64,000 bases of DNA from the human T2T-CHM13v2.0 reference genome, Homo sapiens. The DNA lies in the NCBI RefSeq assembly GCF_009914755.1, contig NC_060942.1. One strand, 5' to 3'. The translations under genes and the position numbers were made by a program. A model generated the notes under the pieces. It was not told the origin of the DNA and ran no database searches. It saw nothing but the letters and a program-made list of their open reading frames with translations. Within the stretch, counting starts at the first letter, position 1; every line of letters starts with the position of its first letter. Shown one piece after another: positions 1 to 13,111 of the stretch.

Positions 1-1079
1 GTCCCTGGCTCTGTATGTAGAGATATCTTGCATCATCTTCCTCTGGGACTCCATTCACCATCCAGATCACCCTTAAACCTAAATGCAGGTGCTTTTGAAC
101 CTTGCTTAGTGCTTTGTGAGAAGAGATTCTGAGAAAACTGGTGAAGGGACTGGGCTTTGTGGCTGAGTGCAGAGCAAAAGGTAATAGTGTAAGCAGATGC
201 AGCGTCCACCATCAGTGATGACCATGACTGAATAAATTACTTATATTTCACGAGGCAACAAAGTTCCATTGACTTCAGGGCTTTCGAGTGAGAATGTGGG
301 AGAGATAAAGAAAGAGAGAAACAAGTTCCATTGATTTCAAGGGCTTTAGAGGCGGAATTTGGGAGAGAGAAAGAAAGAAGCAGGAAGGAAATAAAGGTCA
401 GTATATACTTCTGACCTTTTATCCCAAGCATTTCCTCACAGCATTAGCTGCCTTCTTCTCTTGCTGTCCACACAATATCCACTGTGGGAGTAATGAAACT
501 CTTCCAGGAAGCTATGTAGAGACCACTAAAATGCGTGAGCAGCTCAAAGCCCCATCCTACCTCAAGAGAGCAGTTAATCCCATGCCTCTTGTCCCCATCA
601 CAGCCTCAAATGCCAGTCCCTTTGTCATCTCCATCTTTCTAGACTCATTCCCTAATGTTTGATTTTTCCTTCCACCTCACTCATTTTTGACCTAAGCAAC
701 ATTTTACCTAACCTTCCCATTATTCTGAACTTTTACAATATATGGTTGACAGGGCCTCAGCTGAGAGATTAGACACCGTTGGTTTTAGGAAGCACTCAGA
801 CATGGGTGACTTTTTAAAGCCCCAGGAGGTGATTCTAATGTGCAGTGCAATAAGAATCTTAACCCTCCATGCTCCCCAGATTCTAGTCCTATCTTCAACT
901 TAGTTTTCCTCTCCAAATCCTGCCCTTCCTCCAAGTTCTTTCAAGTTTGGACTGTTTCTCAGAAAGCCCAGATGCCTCCGGCCAGGAGGTGTGACTCACC
1001 ATCTGGCTCCTAAATGCTGTATGAAATTCCTGAAATAACTCATCCTCCTTGGAGTTCTGCCTTTCCTGACCCCCACATC

Positions 1080-1540
1080 ATTTTCCCACCTGCTGTTCAT
1101 TTTCCAAGCCAACTTCTACCATCATTCTGGGGACTTCTATGAATGTGTAAATCACCCATTTTTTACCCTGGCTTCATGGTTCTTTGACCTTCACAATTAA
1201 TTCCAGTCATCTCCTTATTTCCTTCTCTTCAGCATGAACACAATTGGAGCTTTGTCATTACCCACAACTGTCGCACCTCAGAAAGTGTATTCACCAACAC
1301 TAACCTGCTAAGCATAATCTCCTGTCCTTCCAGCTCATACCTGCAATAACTTCAGTCTACCCCTAGTGTAGACCATTTGATCTGGTCTCTGCACTTCTCC
1401 AATTTCTCCTGTCTTCCCCCTGTTCAGGGCTTCACTTGATTCAACCTATTCCTCTAGGCACATTATATTAATCATTTCCTCACCATCTCTCTCAATCCCC
1501 TCTTGTTGGAATGCCCCTGTCCTGCTATTCCATTCCCACC
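1080..1540 (+). mobile_element. L2 LINE fragment (ancient)
   Basis: Pyrimidine-rich decayed L2 ORF2-like tract (catcattctggggacttc...ctttgtcattaccca); recognised by eye. Confidence 0.5.
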
Positions 1541-1659
1541 CTCTGTGATATACATATTTATGGTATCTGATCTTGGTTTTGTGATCACAAAGAGAATAAA
1601 TGTATTCTAACACTTGCCAGTAGAATGTTCCATTAGCCACAAAAGTGAACATAACGTTA

Positions 1660-1850
1660 TTGTCACATCAACCTTAAGAGGCAGTTGCAATTATTATTGC
1701 CATTTTACAGATGAGGAAAATGAAGCTTAGAAAGGTAAATAACTTACCCACAGCCACACAGGTGGTGAACACTGGAGCCTACATTTAAACCATTGTCCAT
1801 TTAACTCTTGAGATTGAGTTCTTGAGCTGCGATGCTACAATGCCTCTATA
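1660..1850 (-). mobile_element. MIR SINE
   Basis: Core cattttacagatgaggaaaatgaagcttagaaaggtaaataacttaccca. Confidence 0.85.
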
Positions 1851-2589
1851 TATACCATTACAACCGTTTTCAAAGGGGTCTAAATGATGAGGTTGCTATT
1901 TAAGTTTTGTTTCTCTATTCAATCAATTATGTTACAAAAATATGATTTGGTTACGTGTTATATTGCAAAATTACTTGTAAAGTAAAATAATCAGTAATTT
2001 CTGTTTAAATCAAGTGTAGAATGTTATTAAATTTCATAGACAATCTCTGCTAGTCTCACATCTTTTCCTATATCACTGATCTCTGTGGGTAGAACTTACT
2101 CCATCACTTGAAAATCACCTACTTGAATGCTTGCTTTCTTTGGAACTGGGAGGCGTTTTTGTAGATTCAAAAGACACCCACCTCTCATGTCAAAATCACA
2201 CAAGGAGTAAATTCAGGTACAACCAAGGAACTGAGAATCACTTACATATTTTAGAAACTAGCTTAGTGACCGCTACTTTAGTTTTTTTTTTTTTTTTTTT
2301 CAAAATAAAAGGAATGTGTTTCTGGAACTAACTATGCATTGGAGTGGACAACCCCAGCCCCTCACCTCTTCAGGCTCCATCTATTTCTCAGCAAGACTCC
2401 CCACCATCTCTCACTACTCTTATGCCCACAGTCACTCTGTTCACCTTCTGAAATGGCAGATGTGCCAGTAATCACTCAAGTTGTGAGAACCTGAGAAACA
2501 ATCAAACTAAGGTATTAAAGAAAATAATTCCGCCCCCTCCCACTGCCATGGGTATTAATGTGACTAGGAATCAAATAAATGGATGTGAA

Positions 2590-2720
2590 TGGAAGAAACC
2601 TGGATTCTAGGTCCATCCTATCACTTACGCAAATGATCGGGTTGCCATTTAGCTCTCTGAAGTTCAGTAGTCTCTCATCTTTAAAATGGGCATTGAAGTT
2701 TTTGTACCTATAGAACTTAG
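2590..2720 (+). mobile_element. MIR SINE fragment
   Basis: cctggattctag...ctctctgaagttcag...ctcatctttaaaatggg. Confidence 0.65.
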
Positions 2721-3699
2721 GCTAGATTTCCTTTAAGAGATAAGATTAGGCATAAATAGCAGAATACCACTCATAACTTAAGAATGAAGTCAATAAAATA
2801 TCTCTTTCTCATCCACAAAAAAAATGAATAGCCTTATTTCCTTATAACCCAATTACTACCTAATCCAAGTCGATACAAATTTTCTAAAAATTGAATTGAA
2901 TTCACATTTTCCAACTCATCTTCATCATATGCATTTAATTCTTCCTACTTTTGCAATATCTTAAAATATTTTTAAGATAATGAAAGGTAGATGGTGGTAA
3001 CTACTTTGGAGGTTAAATAACTGGTAAGAAAAGTGTCCAGGGACATAAGACAAAACCTCAGACCTTCAAATAAAGTGTTCTTAATAATTATGCAAGTGTG
3101 GTTGTGCAGAATTATTCCATAGATTTTACATATTGCCAGTGCCAGCAACATATAGGTAGTGGATGATTTCTGCCCACACTTTGTGAGCAGCCTCCTCATA
3201 AATCCCAAAAGTTAATAATGACAAAAAGCAGTCTTGTCTATTCCCTTTAAAAGCCTGAAGCAATTTGTTCAGCAACCACACTGCTAAGGTAGAGATAAAG
3301 AAAAGGAGCATTGAGGGCAGAAAAAAAGGATAAAAAATGTAGAAGAATGTGTATGGAATTAAAACAACCATGGTAAAGAGAAACTGCTCTGGACCATTTC
3401 ACCTTATTACTCTGGAAATATATTGCTAGTTATAAAGGAGAATTAGGAATTGAAATTTTAGGAGAATAAATTGTGACTCATTCCTCTGTGCTGAGTAACT
3501 TCTGACTCCAAATTCCATTCATTACATTATTTATTCAATAATTGCAAAATAAATGAATATAAGTTCCACACAGCAAATTTTACATGTAATACATGATAAA
3601 CCAAAACAAAACAAGAAAAAAAAAAGAAAGAAAAACACACAGGCATCATTTCTGTATTCCAGACATACCACTCCTTATCCTAACTGTATAGTAGCAACC

Positions 3700-5390
3700 A
3701 ATTTCCTATTGATAGGAAAATATAACCCACCCAGTACAGTCTTGTCCTTGTTTGTTTCATGAGTCAATGGCATGAGACACACAACTTAATCAGGTGGCCA
3801 TCTCAGCTTCCAATTCAATGGCATTATATCCCCTAGTAGAAGACTTCCTCCTGTTGTAATTAAATGCTAACAAGCAGAGCCTAAAGTTATGGGAATAGGA
3901 AGCAAACATTTTGCTAGTGGACTTACAGGATTAATGTTGAAAAGAGCCACTTTAATTTCTATCCCATGATTTCTGGACCTATGAATCCTGGTTATTGGAG
4001 AAAGAGCACCAAATACTAGATTCTGATTTAGCACATACGCCATATCCTGGAAGACACTGCCAACTCCAAGTTGTTGTACCTGAGCTGGTGCCATAATCAA
4101 ATTCTTAAAAGCCCATTCCAGCATCCTAACAAGTCAGCTCTTTCAGGACAATGGTATCACATGATACATCAGTGAATTCCATGAGCATAGGCTTATTGCT
4201 CCAATTCATTTGCCGCAAAGTGATTTCCTTGGTTATCAGCAATGCTGTGTTAATGTCATAGTGATGGATAAGACATTCTGTAAATCCATAGATGGTAGTT
4301 TTGGCAGAAATACTGCCGACAAGGAAAGCAACTTGGGAGCAGTTTGGGTACTAAGCCATAGCTATAGCCAGACTGGCCTTAGTGATTTAAAAGTTGTGTT
4401 GCTGAGCCCATGTTTACCCTCCCTTCTTGCCACCGTGGACTCTTTTTTCCTAAACTCAATGGGCAGCAACAGCAATGGCTGAGGATGGAGGCTCACTGAC
4501 ATATACAAAATAAGTCATTTTTCTACCTGATTATTAAAATCTCCTTCTGCTGAGATCATTCTTGGGTGAGCATTCACAAGGGACACAAACATCTTTACAC
4601 CAAGGGCCCATTCACGGAGGACTAGTCACATACGTCTCCCCTAGACTTCTCTGTAACCAATTTTCCAATTATGTTCTTTCCAAGTTCCAGACTATCCAGC
4701 CAACACTTTAGCTGCAGTCCAGAAATAGGTATAGAACCATAACTCCAGCCATCTCTTCCTTTAGGAAAAATAAACAGCTCGAATTTCTGTCCACTGGATG
4801 GCTTCCCTTTATCACTGCTTTTCAGGGCCATCCTGGAGTGGAGCTACAGTGCTACAGCCATTCACCTTTGGGATGTGCCTGTATATTTTGCAGAACCATT
4901 TGTTAAACTAGGCCCTGTTTCTTTCTTCTGTAATCAGTTCATCATAGGGTGAGATTATAGGTTAAGAAGTTTGAAAGAAATAAGACAATGTAATAGGAGA
5001 AGAGACCATGGGCATCTGAATCTTCCTCATGCAACTTAATTGTGCCTTTGGGACCCATCTGAGCCTAATCTAGTATGTTTCCCCTTTCATTTGATAATGG
5101 ATTTCTGTTGTGCATGCTAAAATTTATGGCTTAATGGGTCAAATAATACCAGTTTATGATGGCAGCACAGATTGCATGGTAACTTGGTAGCCTGTGGTCA
5201 AATGTTCAGTCTCCACTAAAGCCCTGAAGCAAACCAAAAATGTTTCTCAATTGGAAGGTTGTAATTCATAGAGGATGGCAAAGCTTTCCTCCAAAATTGC
5301 AATAATCTGCTCTGTCATTTGCCTATAGGACCCTGGAAAACACTCCATACAACATTCCTATTCACCACTGCCTTTTCAAGTAGCATCCAG
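3700..5390 (-). mobile_element. ERVL/MaLR internal region; decayed pol (RNase H, integrase C-terminus, dUTPase-proximal)
   Basis: Minus-strand translation AYVLNQNLVFGALSPITRIHRSRNHGIE...PLAKCLLPIPITLGSA matches ERV-L AVYALNQRPIYGTVSPIARIHGSRNQGVE...PLAKFLLPVPATLRSA; ALKSSDKGKPS resembles the ERV-L RNase H segment LKDSGEGKSSQWAEL; many stops. Confidence 0.85.
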
Positions 5391-5399
5391 TATGCTGGA

Positions 5400-5721
5400 G
5401 GACCTGTTGATCTGGAGGATTCCCTTTCAAGATGGTATACTCATATGGCTATTGGCAGAACTCAGCTCAGTTCATTCTTAATTGAGCCTCTACACAGGGC
5501 TTCTTGAATGTCTTCCCCCAGAACAAATAAACCAAGAGTGAGATTGCAAGGATTAAACAGTGACGCATTTTACAGTCTAGTCATGCAACATCATTTCCAC
5601 AGTATTCTGCTTACAAGAAAAAGGCAACTAAGCACAGACCTCAATCAAGGAGAGGTGAATTTGGCTTCACCTTATGGAGGGAGGAGCTAAAATATTTGTG
5701 GACATATTTTAAATTACCACC
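5400..5721 (-). mobile_element. MLT1 (F/G/H-type) MaLR LTR adjoining the internal region
   Basis: Reverse complement starts gtggtaatttaaaatatgtccacaaatat, typical of the MLT1F-H 5' end. Confidence 0.7.
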
Positions 5722-5779
5722 ATATCTTATGTATAATATTGAAAAATTAAAACATCCTTATGCAAAAATCTTTCTCTCA

Positions 5780-6190
5780 TTAATACATAATAATGTATAC
5801 ATATGTGGTACATATGATATTTTGATACATTCTTATGATGTGTAATGATCAAATCAGGATATTTAGAATATCCCTTACCTCAAATATTTATCATTTCTTT
5901 ATGTTGAGAACATTTCAAATATTACCTTCCAGTTATTTTGAAATATGCAATAAATTCTCCTTAACTATATTTACCCTATGGTGCTATCAAGCATTAGAAT
6001 TCATTCCTTCTGTATAACTGTGTGTTTGCACCATTAACCAACCTCTCTTCATGCCCCTTCTCACTAGAGAGTAGTACTTTCCTACTCTCTACCTCCATGA
6101 GATCAAACTTTTTTAGCTCCTACATATGAGTGATTGTATGCAATATTTGTCTTTCCGTGCCTGGATTATTTCACTTAACGTAATGACACA
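5780..6190 (-). mobile_element. L1MA-type 3' UTR fragment
   Basis: gtacatatgatattttgatac...aatgatcaaatcagg...atttgtctttccgtgcctggattatttcacttaac. Confidence 0.85.
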
Positions 6191-6814
6191 CATTATGAAA
6201 CAGAGAGAAAATATAACACATAATACAAAATAACTCAAAAAAACAAATAAAAAACTCTAAATAACAAAATGCAACACATAATCTAGGATAAACAAACCAG
6301 CATTGACATATACATTAGAAACATATTTGAGTATGTGTGTCTATGCTTGCATAGGGAAAGAAAGCAGAAATCCTTTAACTCAGGGTTAACTGCACAAATA
6401 AAACTATTTCAGGGTTTTGGTGCTAATTTCTCTAGCCTATTTTCATTACTCTGAGAGAGTTCCATAGAACTTCCTAAACAAAAAGATTGCTAAGGGCAGA
6501 GAAATCCTGACCCTGGAATAAAAGTTCAGGCTGAATCTCTCAGAAGGCTTTCATTACATTAAGGCATAATTCTACATTTCCAATTACTTTTATTAATGGA
6601 ACCAAATCTTAAATTGAGTATACTCACATGGGATTTATATCTGGTATTTGTCCAAGGAAGCATGTGAGGAATCTAGGAAATTTGCCACTCTCTGCAATAT
6701 GGTATCACATACATGTTCTTTATCATAAAGTTCTAAGAGACACTACTTGAAAATATGCAGCATAACAAAGATTGCCTTACCAAAATTCACACTTTATCAA
6801 TATTGTCTAAGGAT

Positions 6815-6940
6815 GTTAGTATGCACATTCCTAGATTGATCCTCAGAGATTCTGATTCACTAGGTTAGGGAGAGGACCTGATTATCATTCTGGTGATTCT
6901 AGTGCAAGGAGCCTGCAAAATATACTTGAAAAACACTGGT
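6815..6940. mobile_element. MER5 (hAT-Charlie) fragment
   Basis: cagagattctgattcactagg...gtgattctagtgca...ttgaaaaacactgg. Confidence 0.65.
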
Positions 6941-7044
6941 TTACATTGACGAAAGTGGGAATGTTCTTAACCCTGACCTAAGCTATTTTTTTGTGTACAC
7001 TAAGGAGCAAAATGAAATAAATCTAAAATAAAATTGAGGTAGGA

Positions 7045-8420
7045 AATCAGAAATGATAAGGGGGCTATCACCACTGACCCCACAGAAATCCAAACAACCA
7101 TGTGAGAATACTGTAAACACCTCTATGCACATGAACTAGAAAATCTAGAAAAACTGAACAAATTCCTGGATACATACACCCTCCAAATACTGAACTAGGA
7201 AGAAATTGAATCCTTGAATAGACCAATATGAGTTCTGAAATTCAGGCAGTAGTAAATAGCCTACTAACCAAAAAGAATAAAATAAAAGCCCCCGACCAGA
7301 CAGATTTATAGCTACATCCTACCAGAGGTAAAAAGAAGAGCTGATACCAGTTCTACTGAAACTACTACAAAAATTTGAAAAAAAGGGACTCCTCCCCAAC
7401 TTATTGTATGAGGCCAGCATCATCCTGATACCAAAACCTGGCAGAAATAAAACAAAAAATAAACTCCAGGCAAATATCCTTGATGAACATTAGTGCAAAA
7501 GTCCTCAATAAAATACTGGCAAACCAAATCCAGCTTCACTGAAAAGATTATATATCACAATAAAGTTGGCTTCATCCTTGGGATGCAAGATTGGTTCAAC
7601 ATATGCAAATCAATAAATACAATTCATCACATAAACAGAACTAAAGACAAAAAACACATGATGATCTCAATGCACGCAGAAAAGGCTTTTGATAAAATTC
7701 AATATCCCTTCATGTTAAAAACTCTCAATAAACTAGGTATTGAAGGAACATATCTCAAAATAATAAGAGCCATCTATGAAAACAACAGTCAATATCATCC
7801 ATGTGGACAAAAGCTGGAAGCATTCCCCCTAAAAACCGGCACAAGACAAGGATGCCATCTCTCACCATTCCTATTCAACATAGTATTGGACGTTCAGGGC
7901 AATCAGGCAAGAGAAAGAAATCAAGCGTATTCAAATAGGAAGAGAGGAGGTCAAACTATCCTTGTTTGCAGATGACAATATCCTCTATCTAGAAAACCCC
8001 ATAGTCTTAGCCCAAAAGCAACTTCAGCAAAGTCTAAGTATACAAAATCAAGGTGCAAAAATCACTAACATTTTTGCATACACCAACAACAGGCAAGCAG
8101 AGAACCAAATCATGAATGAATTCCCATTCGCAATTGCCACAGAAATAATAAAATACTTAGTAATACACCTAACGAGGGAAGTGAAGGACCCCTTCCAGAA
8201 CTACAAACCACTGCTAAAATAAATCAGAGAGAACACAAACAAATGGAGAAACATTTCATGCTAATGGATAGGAAGAATCAATGTCGTGAAAATGGCCACA
8301 CGGCCCAAAGTAATTTATAGATTCAGTGCTATTCCCATTATATTGACATTCATCACAGAATTAGAAAAAAACTATTTTAAAATTCATATGGAACCAAAAA
8401 AGAGCCCGAATAGCCAAGAC
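7045..8420 (+). mobile_element. L1 (old L1PA/L1PB) ORF2 fragment, RT region, frameshifted and 3'-truncated
   Basis: Translations [56 protein letters not shown] and [10 protein letters not shown] (RT FADD motif). Confidence 0.97.
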
Positions 8421-9543
8421 CTGGGCACCCCTGTGCTCTTGGGAATTGGGAGTAGGCAGGAGACCTGCCCTCCTGGGCAGGGCTGCAGCTGTCCAAATTG
8501 TGGCTGTGGATCTGGGCCTCCCATCCCACAGAGCGGACAGAAGCTCTGCCCCCCAGGGTGCAGTTGCAGCCACCCAAACCAGGGCTGCCCACCCAGGCAG
8601 CCCTGTACTCTTGGGGGGCCTGGGAAGGCCCCCTTTGCCACACAGGCTCGAAGATCCCTGTTCTCACTGCCTGGCCTCTCCCAGCTCCTGGAACCTGCTC
8701 CAATCTTGGGGGTTGGGACCACACCCGGGCACTGTCACAGCCCAGCTGGGTGTGCACATGCTCAGGGCAGTACTGACATGCCAGCCCCCTGCTGCCTCTG
8801 CCCCTCCTGACTTTGGGCTCCCCTCTGGAAGGGGAAGCTAATGGGAGGTTGAGGGTGGCTGGGCACTGGCCTGCAAGTGCTCCTTGGTGCCAGCAGCCTG
8901 GGTACCATGGATGGCCACAGGAGGCAGACAGGATCCTGTGTGGAAGGGGGCAGGTCTCCAGTGAAACCCCATCTCCACGCCAGGGCAGGCCTGAAGCCTA
9001 GGAGGTGGGCTGGCAGTCCTGCACACTGGAAGGGGAGCTCATGATGCTTTATCCTGGGCCTGCTCATGGCTTCCCATGGACCAATGAGCATACACTTCCC
9101 TGCTCTGAGGCCCATAAAAGCCTTGGGTTCAACCAGAGCAGGGCAGAGGATGGGAGGACCAGCTTCAGAGAGGGGCTACCCTCTCTGCTGATAGCTGCAG
9201 AGGCTCTAGAATAACCTGCAGGCAGAGAGCAGCCACATTCTTCAGGGCCTCCTCTCTGCTGAGAGCTGCAGACATGGAGAAGACAAGTTGCAGAGACGAG
9301 CTACCCTCTCAAGGACCTTCTCTCTGCTGAGAGCTGAACACTTGATGGGATTATGATCTGCCTACAGAGAAGAGATACCCACTGCAGGTCTCCTCTGAGC
9401 TATTGTAACACTCAATAAAGCTCCTATCTATCTTGTTCACCTTCCACTTTTCTGCATATCTCATTCTTCCTGGATGTGGGACAAGAACTCGGCCAAAGGC
9501 ACCTCTGGCCACAGATGTTTCTGGCCCCAAAGATCTCATAACA
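8421..9543 (+). mobile_element. MER52-family ERV1 LTR, 5'-truncated
   Basis: GC-rich body (ctgggcacccctgtgctcttggg...), repeated ctctctgctgagagctg units, aataaagctcct and 3' end ...ccccaaagatctcataaca; source of the many overlapping GC-rich ORFs. Confidence 0.85.
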
Positions 9544-9867
9544 CCAGTGCCATCTCAGTTTACTATTGCCATGGCAACACCTGGAAGCTACTGCCCCTTT
9601 CCATGGCAAAGACCCAGAAGTTACCACCCCTTCTCTAGAACTTTTGGAATAACTAACCCCTTAATTTACATGTAATTAAAGTGGTTATAAATATGAGTGA
9701 AGAATGGGTACACTGCCTATGGGGTAGCCCTGCTTCACAAAGAACAATATCTCTGCTGCTGCTGTACACTGCCGCTTTAATAAAAGTTGCTGTTGAACAT
9801 CACTGATTTGCCCTTGAATTCTTTCCTGGGGTAAGTCCCAATTTTGGGGCTCTCCTGTCCTGCATCA
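9544..9867 (+). mobile_element. MER41-group ERV1 LTR, 3' part
   Basis: gccatggcaacacctggaag...actgcctatggggtagccctg...aataaaagttgctg...ttttggggctctcctgtcctgcatCA end. Confidence 0.7.
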
Positions 9868-12102
9868 AAACTACTCTATTCTATTTGGAAATCAATTAAA
9901 ATCCTGGTGGGCCAGAGAAGATAACAACAGTCACTGGCTGCTGTTGAAATCTGGCATCCCTCTCTGATCCACTTCCACTCTACCTCACTTTTCCAGCTCC
10001 AGAACCATTCTGACACGGGTGAGATGCAGCCAAAATCAGGTTATCTCCCACTTGACTTCTTCATCAAATATTCCCCACAAACATGTCAGTTAAAAAACTC
10101 CCAAGCAATTAAAAAAATCTCCATAGTGTCACCATTAATGTAGTTCATTGCTTCTTTTACTCTTAGAAACAGCAAGTGGAGACAAAATATCAATACTTTA
10201 TATTTTATTTCGCCCTCATTTTGTGAATTATCTACAGGACTTCTTCATTCTCATGTGGAGGGTTCTCAGAATCAGAGCATGATTTTGTAAATGCTCTAAC
10301 AGAAATTTAACATAAGCAAAGTGATGGAAGGGATGATGTTTATACTCCTCTCCACCAGCTCAATGTTTTTCCTCTTCCACTCTAGCAGGTGTGCACAATT
10401 GATGCTTGTAGTTGCAAGGTGCTCATTATCCTGGACCTTTGAGAATGTACATAGATGTCAACTTCACTGTATTTAGCTTTGTGATTGATAGGTTGAGTTC
10501 CTGACAATGCACCTAGAAGAGTGACTGTAGCATTTGTCTCTGATTGCTTATTTATAACATTTATCTGCTTTTAACATTTCATTTAATGTTAACTATTTCC
10601 ACTTACAGAGAAATTGAGGCCAGGAACTCAGACAAGCTTGTTCTGCTTCAGCAACCTTCTAATTCAAACAAATTTCATCCAGTGCTAATATTTGTTCATC
10701 AAACAACAAACACTGAAAGAGTATTTTATCTTCTGTAGAGAAAAACAGGGCTGCCTCTATCCTGTTTTCATATTTCTTAGGGCAGCTCACAACATTCAGT
10801 AAATAAAATGTCTGCCAGGGGGCAGCAGAATGTAATGCTTTCATTCCCAAGGGATTCTAAAGGGTTTTATGAAACCTACTAGCATATTATGATAATTAAC
10901 TTGAAATTAAGGCCTCTTGATAACCACGTTACACTGCATTTAGAAGAAAAGGTTTGTCTGAGGGTCTTTTATTAAATCATATTAAAGGCTTTCATAAACT
11001 GAAGCTACATTTTCAGACATAAAAATCAGAGGGAAATTCTATTAAGTTGGTGTTGCTTAAATCATTTGCTCCCTAATTCTGTCCTTCATAACTCCCCGCA
11101 AGTTTCCTTGCTCTTTTGAACCATCTGTGGACAGCCATATTGCTTTCTATAAGCAAAATAAGATATTTTTAAAATTTAAGAATACTTGGCTATGGTCTCA
11201 AAAAACGTGACTCATCTTGAAAGAAGTTGGGAATTGTTATTTTTGTTGCTTATGACAGAAAAAAACACTTCCATAATAAGCTGTCATCTGGCAAATTATT
11301 TTTGCAAAGGACTTCAAGTATATGTGAATTACAGAACTGCACTGTAGCAGGACAGTTCCTGGGGAAGAGGGAGGCATTGAGAGAAAGAGGATCCATATTG
11401 CATCCTTTTGAAATCTTATAAGTCTGAGCAATATTTATACAGAATCCCTGGCAAGAGTGTTTTTTAAGAACATCCTTTGCCTGCCTGTGTATTGTTTTTT
11501 GTAATATGCAGTTAAAGAGGGAGCCCCAGGCTAGTTCTTTAGGGAACTTTGGTGGTTGGAACTGAAGTCTCAAATTTTATAAAGTGGGCCTTCAGACTTA
11601 CCTATTTGTAAGTAATTAGTTTTAATCTATTTGAAATCACTATTTATTTTGTTTACAATGTTCTATTCTGAGTAAGTTCCTTTAAGAAAATGGTTTCTAG
11701 AGATGTCTGGTTAAAGATACAAAATAAATTAATCCCTTAAAAACTATAAAACCACTAAGACAAAATTAACAACAGAGGAATTAACTGAAACAGAATTCTG
11801 GAAGCTGGCAAGCAGATGGGTTGGAATAACTGCTCAGAAAACTTGAGATGAATTCTGAGCTTCATTGGTAGCAGTCGTGCAGCAATAGAATTTAACTACA
11901 GAACATCCAAACCATTCAGAAGCTGATGGCTTTGGAGGTAACAATATGGCTGAAAAGCAGGGGATTGTTTAAATGCCATTTTAAGGAGCAGTTGGACCCT
12001 TAGGCCCCCATTCTTGCTCTGCAAGCTAGGAGACTGCCCCAACAAAAAATTGGAGGTTTATTCTTTGGAAAGGAAAGAAACAAAGATCTTGTGGACCAGA
12101 GA

Positions 12103-12681
12103 TGTTTATCTAATCTATTGCCATGTAACAAATCACTCTCCCAAACATAGGTATAACCATCTACCATTATACCTCATGGTTCTATGAGCCGACTGAGCTC
12201 AATTGAGCATATCTCACTGGGTCTCTCTAACACAGTTCCAGTCAGATGTCTCCTGTCTGGCCTGGAATCTCTGAAGACTTAAATGATTTGGATGTCCAAA
12301 ATGAGTTCTTTGCTCCCGTGCCTGGAACCTCAGCTGGGATGGCTGGAACAGCTAGAGACTGACCAGGTGCTACTCTCTTCACACTGACTCTCCATATGGC
12401 TGGTTTGGCCCATCATAACTTGGCAGTCTCGGAGAAATTGAAACTCTTCCAGGGAGGCTGGCTTTTTCTAAAGCAAGCATTCCAAGAGATCCAGGTGGAA
12501 GTCACAGAGAGTCTATGACATAGAGTTGGAAGTCATGCACCATCACTTCTACCACATTATATTGGTCAGAAGACGCTCACAAGGCCAGCACAGATTTAAG
12601 ATGAGTGGAGCACAGAAAAATGTGACCACCAGGAGATGTGGGTTCATTATGGGACAGGGCCATTTTTGGAAACTCATTACC
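12103..12681 (-). mobile_element. MLT1 (H-like) MaLR LTR
   Basis: tctattgccatgtaacaaatcac...ctcagctgggatggctgg...ggaagtcatgcaccatcacttctaccacattatattggtca. Confidence 0.75.
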
Positions 12682-12722
12682 GAAAGGAAACACCAGGTAC
12701 AGATGAGGACTGAAGAATTTAA

Positions 12723-13111
12723 TTTTATTTTTTTTCAAGTGAAAGTAAGTTTATTAAGAAAGTAGAAGAATGGCTACTCCATAGACAGAACAGCCCCACG
12801 GGTTGCTGGTTGCCCATTTATATGGTTATTTCTTGATTATATGCTAAGCAAGGGATGGATTATTCATGCCTCTGCATTTTAGACCACATAGGGTAACTTC
12901 CTGACATTGCCATGACATCTGTAAACTGTCATGGCGCTGGTGGGAGTGTAGAGTTGAGGACAACAAGAGGTCACTCTCATCGTCATTTTGGTTTTGGTGG
13001 GTTTTGGCCGGCTTCTTTACTGCAACCCGTTTTATCAGCAAGGTCTTTATGACCTGTATTATGTGCTGACTTCCTATCTCATCCTGTGATTTAGAGTGCC
13101 TTAACCGTCTG
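12723..13111 (-). mobile_element. MER41A LTR-derived retrocopy (5'-truncated, ends at poly(A) site, poly-A tail, TSD)
   Basis: MER41 body; AATAAA (tttatt 12750-12755) ~14 nt before the A-tail (12723-12735); flanking repeats ggactgaagaattt 12707-12720 and ggactaaaggattt 13112-13125. Confidence 0.85.

Noticed and set aside
8286-9214. Cluster of 60-174 aa overlapping ORFs
   Set aside because: By-product of the GC-rich MER52 LTR and the L1 junction; no coding signature
12850-12900. MER41 as an interferon-inducible STAT1 enhancer
   Set aside because: The tandem GAS (TTCCGGGAA/TTCCCGGAA) segment of MER41B is absent here; this copy is MER41A-type
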